Shown here piece by piece: positions 25,290 through 32,000 of a stretch of 32,000 bases of DNA; within the stretch, counting starts at the first letter, position 1; each line of letters starts with the position of its first letter. The DNA is from Halomicronema hongdechloris C2206 (GTDB lineage: Bacteria; Cyanobacteriota; Cyanobacteriia; Phormidesmidales; Phormidesmidaceae). The DNA lies in assembly GCF_002075285.3 (NCBI RefSeq), contig NZ_CP021983.2:3810001-3842000 (forward strand), in the 5' to 3' direction. The position numbers were made by a program, and so were the translations under genes. The notes below the pieces were generated by a model, which made no database searches, had not been told where the DNA came from, and worked only from the letters and a program-made list of their open reading frames with translations.

Positions 25290-25697
25290 ATGGTACGACT
25301 GCTAGTCGGGTTGCTGTTAGTGCTGTGGGTGAGTGGGTGTGCCTGGGGGGGCGGCCCTCCGACAGCGGTGGTGGCCGATGCGATCGCAACTCAGCTACAA
25401 CAGAGTCGCCAAGAATTAGCCCAAACCCTCAAGAGCGACCCCGGTTCATCGTTTCAGATCACAGCCGTCACCATTACTCAGCGCCGGTCCACTACTGTTG
25501 CTGGGCAACCGGCTCTGCAGGTACGCGGCACCTATACCCTGACAGGACGCTACTTGAACAACTCCCTAAAGCAGCCAGATAACCCCTTCGAGATTTATCT
25601 CAGCCGTACCCCCGATGGCGAGGCCTGGCAACTACTGCGCCCCATCGCTGCCTCCACCGACACTGACCCCAGCTGGGTCGTAGCCCCACTCTCCTAG
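25290..25697 (+). CDS. Small putative lipoprotein
   Basis: 135 aa with a signal peptide and lipobox (MVRLLVGLLLVLWVSGC). I recognise no family. Confidence 0.5.
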   Translation: MVRLLVGLLLVLWVSGCAWGGGPPTAVVADAIATQLQQSRQELAQTLKSDPGSSFQITAVTITQRRSTTVAGQPALQVRGTYTLTGRYLNNSLKQPDNPFEIYLSRTPDGEAWQLLRPIAASTDTDPSWVVAPLS

Positions 25698-25703
25698 GCC
25701 CCG

Positions 25704-26255
25704 TCACTCTCCTTGGCGACCCAAGCGCATCAAGTAAGCAATAGCCTCCTCACACCAGGTGAGCCAGCTCTGTTCGATTAATAGCCCGTTGCGCAGCGTC
25801 AAATACTGAAATCGAGAGGCTAGGGTTAGCCCATCCGTCTTCGACAAAAACTGTTGCTCTAAGGCTCGATATTCTCCTAAGCGAGCCTCGTGCAGCTGAC
25901 GATGATTCTCCAGTTCCTCCAGAATCAAATCCCGCGACACCATATGTCCGGCAAATAGCTTTACCAGCAGATCATCCTTGACGGTGCGAATTCCCGTGGG
26001 CTTGGCCATCCATTCCTGCAAGAACCCTTGCCCTCCCTCCGTCACCTCATAGATCTTCTTATTGGGGCGACCATCTTGTTCAATGGTCTCAGCCGTCAGA
26101 TGGCCATCGGCCTCCAACTTGCCCAATTCCCGGTAGATTTGCTGGTGGCTGGCATCCCAGAAAACACCCACCGACTCATCAAAGCGCTTGGCTAGGTCAT
26201 AGCCGCTACAGGGATTATCGAGTAAAGCAACGAGAATTGCGTGTGCCAGTGCCAT
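25704..26255 (-). CDS. PadR-family transcriptional regulator
   Basis: LAHAILVALLDNPCSGYDLAKRF...WDASHQQIYRELGKLEADGHL is the PadR winged-helix signature. The 183-aa length indicates the long subfamily with a C-terminal helical domain. Confidence 0.85.
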   Translation of the reverse strand: MALAHAILVALLDNPCSGYDLAKRFDESVGVFWDASHQQIYRELGKLEADGHLTAETIEQDGRPNKKIYEVTEGGQGFLQEWMAKPTGIRTVKDDLLVKLFAGHMVSRDLILEELENHRQLHEARLGEYRALEQQFLSKTDGLTLASRFQYLTLRNGLLIEQSWLTWCEEAIAYLMRLGRQGE

Positions 26256-26751
26256 GCGTTAGTGCCAGCGACGCTTCTTCAGCATAAACCGTTTGAGCTT
26301 AGCAGAGACTTAAAGGGGGTGCCTACGGTGGCATGTGCTACCCGACCCTAGCAAAAACCCCTAGGTTTTAACAGCCTCCGATACTAAAGATCTAGAGTTG
26401 TTAACCTGCCTAGTCCCCTCAAACAATCTGCCCAACTCAGTACAACTCAGTACAAGCACCCTCTGATGGCAGGGCTCAAATTACAGCGATATAGCCGCCT
26501 GCCTCACCCTGGCATTAGCCATGATATTCCCCAAGTCACGGCCTATCGTAGCCTGAGGCAGGAAAACATTAAGGAACCCGTAGTTAATGGGCATAGGGTC
26601 CCTCAACCTCGTATGGTTTTGATAGCTGCAGATGCCGACGCCATCATTGCAGCAGGGGCAAGCAGTTTCGAAAATAGGTCACTGTCGGCGCCGGACCCTG
26701 GCCGAGAAGGCCTATGTCCCATTTGACCCTACTAATCTTCGAGCGCTTATC

Positions 26752-28717
26752 ATGTCTCAACCCACCATCGAGTCTATTCTGCACGAGCAGCGGTTATTTC
26801 ATCCCTCCCCTGAGTTTTCAGAGCAGGCCCACATCAAGAGCCAGGGAGAGTATGAGGCCCTCTACCAAAAAGCCGCTGCCGATCCAGCTGGATTTTGGGC
26901 CGAGCTAGCTGAACGGGAGCTCCATTGGTTTAAGCCCTGGGATACGGTACTAGACTGGCAGCCCCCCTTCGCCAAATGGTTTGCCGGTGGCAAGATCAAC
27001 ATCTCTTACAACTGCCTCGACCGGCACCTGACCACTTGGCGTCGCAACAAAGCGGCCCTGATCTGGGAAGGGGAGCCAGGAGACTCGCGCACCCTCACCT
27101 ATGGCCAACTGCACCATGAGGTGTGCCAGGTGGCCAATGTGCCTCAAAGACCTGGGGGTGACCAAGGGAGACCGAGTTGGCATCTACATGCCCATGATCC
27201 CAGAGGCAGCCATTGCCATGCTGGCCTGTGCCCGCATTGGCGCTCCCCACACGGTGGTATTTGGTGGCTTCAGTGCCGAAGCCTTAAAGGATCGCCTGCA
27301 GGATGCCGAGGCAAAGTTGGTGATCACCGCCGATGGTGGCTTCCGTAAGGATAAGGTGATTCCGCTCAAGGCCGCCGTCGATAAGGCCCTGGCCGATGAC
27401 GGGGTGCCCAGCGTTGAGAACGTCTTGGTGGTGCAGCGCACCGAGGCCGATATCACCATGGAGGCAGGACGGGACCACTGGTGGCATGACCTGCAGGCCC
27501 AGGCCTCGGCAGATTGCCCCGCCGAAGAAATGGACGCCGAGGATATGCTGTTTATCCTCTACACCAGCGGCACCACCGGCAAACCCAAGGGGGTGGTGCA
27601 CACCACCGGCGGCTACAATCTCTACACCCACATGACCTTCCAGTGGGGCTTCGACATCAAAGATAGCGATGTCTACTGGTGCACCGCTGACGTGGGCTGG
27701 ATCACGGGCCACAGCTATATCGTCTATGGTCCCCTGTCCAATGGGGCCACCAGCCTCATGTACGAAGGGGTGCCTCGCCCCTCCAATCCCGGCTGTTTCT
27801 GGGATGTGGTGCAGCGCTACGGCGTCAACAGTTTCTACACCGCGCCGACGGCCATCCGCGCCTTCATCAAGATGGGGGATGAGTTGCCCAAGTCCCGAGA
27901 TCTCTCCTCCTTACGGCTCCTGGGCACCGTCGGTGAACCGATCAATCCCAAGGCTTGGATGTGGTACCACGAGGTGATTGGCGGCGGCCGTTGCCCCATC
28001 GTCGATACCTGGTGGCAGACGGAAACTGGCGGCTTCATGATCACACCCCTGCCGGGGGCGATTCCCACCAAACCGGGATCCGCCACCAAGCCCTTCCCTG
28101 GCATCTTGGCCGACATCGTCGATCTGGACGGCAATCCGGTGCCCGATAACCAAGGGGGATACCTGGTAATCCAGCATCCCTGGCCGGGTATGATGCGCAC
28201 CGTCTATGGCAACGAAGAGCGGTTCCGCCGCAGCTATTGGGAACATATTCCGCCCCAGGATGGCCACTATGTCTACTTTGCCGGGGATGGGGCCCGCCGC
28301 GACGAAGATGGCTACTTCTGGATCATGGGCCGGGTGGATGATGTGATCAATGTCTCGGGCCATCGCCTCGGTACCATGGAAATCGAGTCGGCCTTAGTCT
28401 CCCACCCAGTGGTGGCAGAGGCAGCGGTGGTGGGCCGCCCGGACGAACTCAAAGGGGAGGACATCTGTGCCTTCGTCATCCTAGAGAAAGGCCATCAGGC
28501 CAGCGATAGCCTCAAGGCTGACCTGACCCAGCACGTCGTCAATGAAATCGGCGCCATTGCCCGACCCGGGGAGATTCGCTTTGCCGATGCCTTGCCCAAG
28601 ACTCGCTCTGGCAAGATCATTCGCCGCTTTCTGCGTAACCTGGCCAGTGGGGAAGATATTGTCGGTGATGCCTCTACCATGGAAGATCAAAGTGTGCTGA
28701 ATCAGCTGCGTCAGTAG
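26752..28717 (+). pseudogene. acs: Acetyl-CoA synthetase whose reading frame is broken by one extra base at 27142/27143 (true pseudogene or assembly error)
   Basis: Frame 1 reads [19 protein letters not shown]...[15 protein letters not shown] up to 27141. Frame 2 continues [44 protein letters not shown]...[11 protein letters not shown]...SGKIIRR to the stop at 28717. The junction reads AAT GTG C CTC AAA. Confidence 0.85.
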
Positions 28718-28761
28718 GTCGCTGGAGCGTGAGGTAGGCCGAGGGCAAGGGGGAAGAGGCC

Positions 28762-30727
28762 ATGGAGAGTCGCTGGGACGATGCGATAGCAACTCCGTTG
28801 GGGGACGACCCCCTGGCACTGCGGGTGTACAGCTCCCGGCTATTGGGCCAGGAACCTGACCTGGTGCTGCACGGGGGGGGCAACACCTCCGTCAAGGCCA
28901 CGGTCCGCAACTTCTTCGGGGATGATGAAGCGGTGCTGTATGTCAAGGGTAGTGGCTGGGATCTAGCCACCATCGAAGCGGTGGGCTTTGCCCCGGTGCG
29001 GCTGGTCCCCCTGCAGCGGCTGGCCCAATTGCCCCACCTCAGCGACAGCGACATGGTCACTCAGCAACGGGCGGCCCTGCTGGACCCCAACGCCCCCAAT
29101 CCATCGGTGGAGGCGATTCTGCATGCCGTCATTCCCCGCCGCTATGTGGATCACACCCACGCTGATGCCATTGTCACCCTCAGCAATACCCCGGAAGGGG
29201 AACAGCGGCTGCGGGATCTCTATGGGGAGCGGGTGCTGTTTGTGCCCTATGTGATGCCGGGCTTTATCTTGGCCCGAGAAATTTACACCCTGACCCGGGG
29301 GATTGACTGGAGTCAGTATCGGGGTATGGTGCTGTTGCACCACGGGGTATTTACCTTTGCCGATGAGGCCCGCACCGCCTACGAGGCCATGATTGATCTG
29401 GTGTCTGAGGCAGAGGCCGCTTTGCAACGAGCCGACGCCATTCACATTGCCCTGGCCCCACCCCAACGGCACCTGCTCACCCTGGCCCGCATCCGCCAGG
29501 CGGTAAGCCAAGTGCGGGGCCAGGCGGTGGTGGCGCAATGGGATCAGCGCCCGGAGGCGGTGGGCTTTGCCAATCTCCCCCAGGTGCAGGACATCGCCAC
29601 TCGCGGCCCATCACCCCGGACCATGTGATTCGCACTAAGCCGATTCCGGTGATTCTGCAGGGGGATCCGGTGCAGGCCATCCATGCCTACGCCCAGGCCT
29701 ATCGAGCCTACTTTGAGCGCCACGACGATGGCCGCCTCACTTGCCTGGATCTGGCTCCTCGCTGGGGGGTGTGGCCCGGCTACGGCACCCTCAGTTGCGA
29801 TCGCAGCGTCAAGGCGGCTCAGATTCTCACCGACATCGTCGCCCATACCCGCCGGGCCATCCAGATTGGGAAGCCCTGGGGGGCTGGATGGCCCTGCCCG
29901 AGGCCGATCTGTTTGAGATGGAGTATTGGGAGCTGGAGCAGGCCAAATTGAATAAAGCCCAGGCGGCGCCGCCCCTGCTGGGTAAAGTCGCCCTAGTCAG
30001 CGGGGCCGCCAGTGGCATTGGCCGCGCCTGTGCTCAGACCCTAGAACGGCAGGGGGCCGCCGTCGTCGGCCTCGATCTCGACGCCCGCATCACCGAGGTC
30101 GGCAATACCCCCACCCTGGTAGGGATCCATGGGGATGTGACCGTGAGCACTGACCTACAGCGGGCCGTGGAGACGGCGGTAGAGCGCTTTGGTGGCCTGG
30201 ATATCCTGGTGGCCAATGCCGGTATCTTCCCGCCGGGGCAACCCATTGAGACCATGGATGCCGCCCTGTGGCAGAAGAGTCTCTCGGTGAATCTCAGCAG
30301 CCATCAACAGTTGCTAACCGAAGCCATTCCCTATCTGCGCCATGGCATCGACCCGACGGTGGTGGTGATTGCCTCCCGCAATGTGCTGGCTCCCGGCCCT
30401 GGGGCCGCCGCCTACTCCGTGGCCAAGGCCGGATTGACCCAGCTGGCCCGCATCGCCGCCCTAGAGCTGGCCAGTGATGGCATTCGGGTGAATATCCTGC
30501 ATCCCGACTGTGTCTATGACACCGGCATTTGGAGTGAGGAGGTTCTGCAGGCCCGGGCCGAACACTATGGCCTCACCGTGGCCGAGTATAAGACCCGCAA
30601 TCTGCTCAAGGTAGACGTGTCCTCGGCAGAGGTGGCGGAGCTGGTCTGTGCCCTGGCCAGCCCCCTATTCGCCAAGACCACCGGCGCCCAGATTCCCATT
30701 GATGGTGGTAATGAGCGGGTGATTTGA
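28762..30727 (+). pseudogene. Bifunctional class-II aldolase / short-chain dehydrogenase (YuxG / rhamnulose-1-phosphate aldolase-ADH-like), interrupted by two 1-nt deletions
   Basis: Frame 1 reads MESRWDD...LRVYSSRLLGQEPDLVLHGGGNTSVK...QDIATRGP. Frame 3 continues ITPDHVIRTKPIPVIL...AHTRRAIQIG. Frame 2 continues EALGGWMALPEADLFEMEYWELEQAKL...GKVALVSGAASGIGRA...YSVAKAG to the stop at 30727. The shifts lie in the C-run at 29607-29609 and the G-run at 29868-29870. Confidence 0.8.
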
Positions 30728-30730
30728 CCA

Positions 30731-30765
30731 TTCAAAGTTCAAAGTTCAATATTCAAAGTTCAAAA
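30731..30765 (+). repeat. Heptanucleotide tandem repeat (TTCAAAG-type, 5 units) filling the intergenic spacer
   Basis: The units are TTCAAAG (30731), TTCAAAG (30738), TTCAATA (30745), TTCAAAG (30752) and TTCAAAA (30759). The last A is the A of ATG 30765. Confidence 0.9.
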
Positions 30766-31532
30766 TGACAACTGATACCACTCATCTCGCCGACAGACTC
30801 GCTGCTAAGGCAGCGCTGCGCCAGGTACTGGCTGAGCATGATGGCGATCCCCACCACGAGGCGGTGGCGGCGGCCATCGATACCCTGGCGGCCCTGAACC
30901 CAACCCCGGCCCCGACCCAGACCCCCGATCTATTGGAGGGGGAATTGCGGCTGATCAGTGCCCCCAGCTTCCCCGATGGCCAAAAGCTAGACGATGGCAG
31001 CTACTGCTATAGCCTGGGGCGACTGGCCTTCGATATGTTTCAGCCCCGCAACCTGAGGCTGGTGATCAACCAGGTCTGGCAACCGGTGTGGCCAATCCAG
31101 GGGGGCCCCCAGCGCAGCCACGACATCGTGGTGGACTTCACGACCCGCCAGGACAATGAGCCGCCGCTGCGGGGCATCGTACGCAATCTGGGGGGCTGTG
31201 AGCCAGCCAATGATACGGCGCTGCGGGTGTGGTTTACGGGGGGTGTCCTGGAACCGGCCCCAGGCACTGACCTGAGCCAGTGGAATACTGTCTTCGGGGA
31301 CCAAACCCAGCCTGCCCCCGACTCCCTGAAGAGCTGGTTTCAGGGCCTGTTCCTGAAGCTGATGTTCGGCCTGGTGCCTCCCGCTGGCATAGACCCCAAC
31401 ACTGGCCGGGTGGAGTTTCAAATGAAGCGGTCCCCCAAAGGCTCCTTGACGATTCTGTACCTGGATGAGGAGCTGCGGATTACCCGCGGCCATAAAGAGA
31501 CGGTGCTGATATGCGATCGCATCAGTCTCTGA
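30765..31532 (+). CDS. PAP/fibrillin-family (plastoglobulin-like) protein
   Basis: The N-terminal part shows KAALRQVL...AIDTLAALNPTPAPTQTPDLLEGELRLISAPSF. The C-terminal part shows LTILYLDEELRITRGHKETVLICDR. Both resemble the fibrillin pattern (..LE..NPtp.P....L.G.W.L.. and ..tYLDedlRi.RG..g..fvl.r). Confidence 0.6.
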   Translation: MTTDTTHLADRLAAKAALRQVLAEHDGDPHHEAVAAAIDTLAALNPTPAPTQTPDLLEGELRLISAPSFPDGQKLDDGSYCYSLGRLAFDMFQPRNLRLVINQVWQPVWPIQGGPQRSHDIVVDFTTRQDNEPPLRGIVRNLGGCEPANDTALRVWFTGGVLEPAPGTDLSQWNTVFGDQTQPAPDSLKSWFQGLFLKLMFGLVPPAGIDPNTGRVEFQMKRSPKGSLTILYLDEELRITRGHKETVLICDRISL

Positions 31533-31692
31533 ACAATATGTCTCTAAGGGGGACTTCGAAAAGTACAAATCTTATTGAGAATGGTGACGAAGTTTCAGTG
31601 GCTTGGGCTCTCGAGATTCTCAAGCCATACTCGCCCTGCTTACGGCACTCTTTGGCAATATTAAAGCAATTCCCTACAAGACTCAGCAAGAC

Positions 31693-32000
31693 ATGAGCGA
31701 TAACCACCGTCGCCTAATCCTGTTTAGAACCCTAAGTGCCTTGGTGCCGCCGCAGTTTGAGGAGATTCGATTTGCTCTCAAACCGCCACCAGGTATTGTC
31801 CCTGAGGGAGTTGCTGCCCAAGGTAACCGCGCCTATGCTCTGCTGAGCTGGGCAGCAAGTCCGACCGGCTGTGGGTTAGACACCGTTATCGAAACCCTAG
31901 AGCAGCTTTTTCCGGGAGTTCTGCGAGAGGAAGACTCAACTTTAGAAGAAGCCCCGTGGAATCTGCCTTATCCTCGAAACCCCTACTTCACTGGGCGGGA
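31693..32000 (+). CDS. 5' part of a STAND-type NTPase gene with an N-terminal helical adaptor (effector-associated/death-like) domain; continues beyond the window
   Basis: ATG 31693 is followed by an open frame to the window end (not in the ORF track because no stop is reached). It reads MSDNHRRLILFRTLSALVPPQFEEIRFALKPPPGIVPEGVAAQGNRAYALLSWAASPTGCGLDTVIETLEQLFPGVLREEDSTLEEAPWNLPYPRNPYFTGR. The NLPYPRNPYFTGR(E) junction is the usual entry into NB-ARC/AAA modules of cyanobacterial TPR/WD40 STAND proteins. Confidence 0.5.
   Translation, partial: MSDNHRRLILFRTLSALVPPQFEEIRFALKPPPGIVPEGVAAQGNRAYALLSWAASPTGCGLDTVIETLEQLFPGVLREEDSTLEEAPWNLPYPRNPYFTGR

Noticed and set aside
27136-27150. Programmed ribosomal frameshifting in acs
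   Set aside because: There is no slippery X XXY YYZ heptamer, no rare or stop codon at the site, and no obvious downstream stimulatory structure. The lesion is a simple extra base in a CC dinucleotide, and the neighbouring gene carries two similar homopolymer indels.

Overview
This window looks like a chromosomal segment of a cyanobacterium. I counted about 58% GC in sampled coding blocks, and the HIP1 octamer GCGATCGC recurs throughout (e.g. 1877, 4229, 5272, 6255, 7037, 8845, 10772, 13700, 15547, 19758, 31513). Heptamer STRR-like tandem repeats and typical cyanobacterial genes are also present. Gene content is mostly metabolic or housekeeping:
- a TreT-like glycosyltransferase with an internally duplicated unknown partner
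- a membrane-anchored GTPase and a membrane protein
- a cobA-hemD fusion, a GST, and an orphan OmpR-type response regulator
- a complete Preiss-Handler NAD operon (pncB-nadD-nrtR-[DNA methyltransferase]-nadE)
- the cyanobacterial TCA-bypass pair (SSADH plus 2-oxoglutarate decarboxylase-like TPP enzyme)
- folB coupled to a GPH/MFS transporter, a phosphoribosyltransferase, and an HD hydrolase
- an OppC-type permease, a PadR regulator, acs, a bifunctional aldolase/SDR, and a fibrillin-like protein
- the first ~100 codons of a STAND-type NTPase with an adaptor-like N-terminal domain.

I saw no rRNA, tRNA, CRISPR array or transposase. Observations most worth a second look:
1. A low-GC, HIP1-free orphan DNA methyltransferase sits inside the NrtR-regulated NAD operon.
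2. Two tandem ~115-135 bp structured repeats carry a compensatory base-pair change, next to a G-quadruplex-capable (GGGAATA)6 array and a purine tract upstream of that operon.
3. Three single-nucleotide frameshifts cluster in acs and the adjacent aldolase/SDR gene.
4. Two inverted copies of a MITE-like element bracket a 3.7 kb gene block.
5. An adaptor-domain/STAND gene is truncated at the window edge, preceded by an ATGA-coupled mini-ORF.

All family assignments come from motifs I recognise by eye. No database search was possible.
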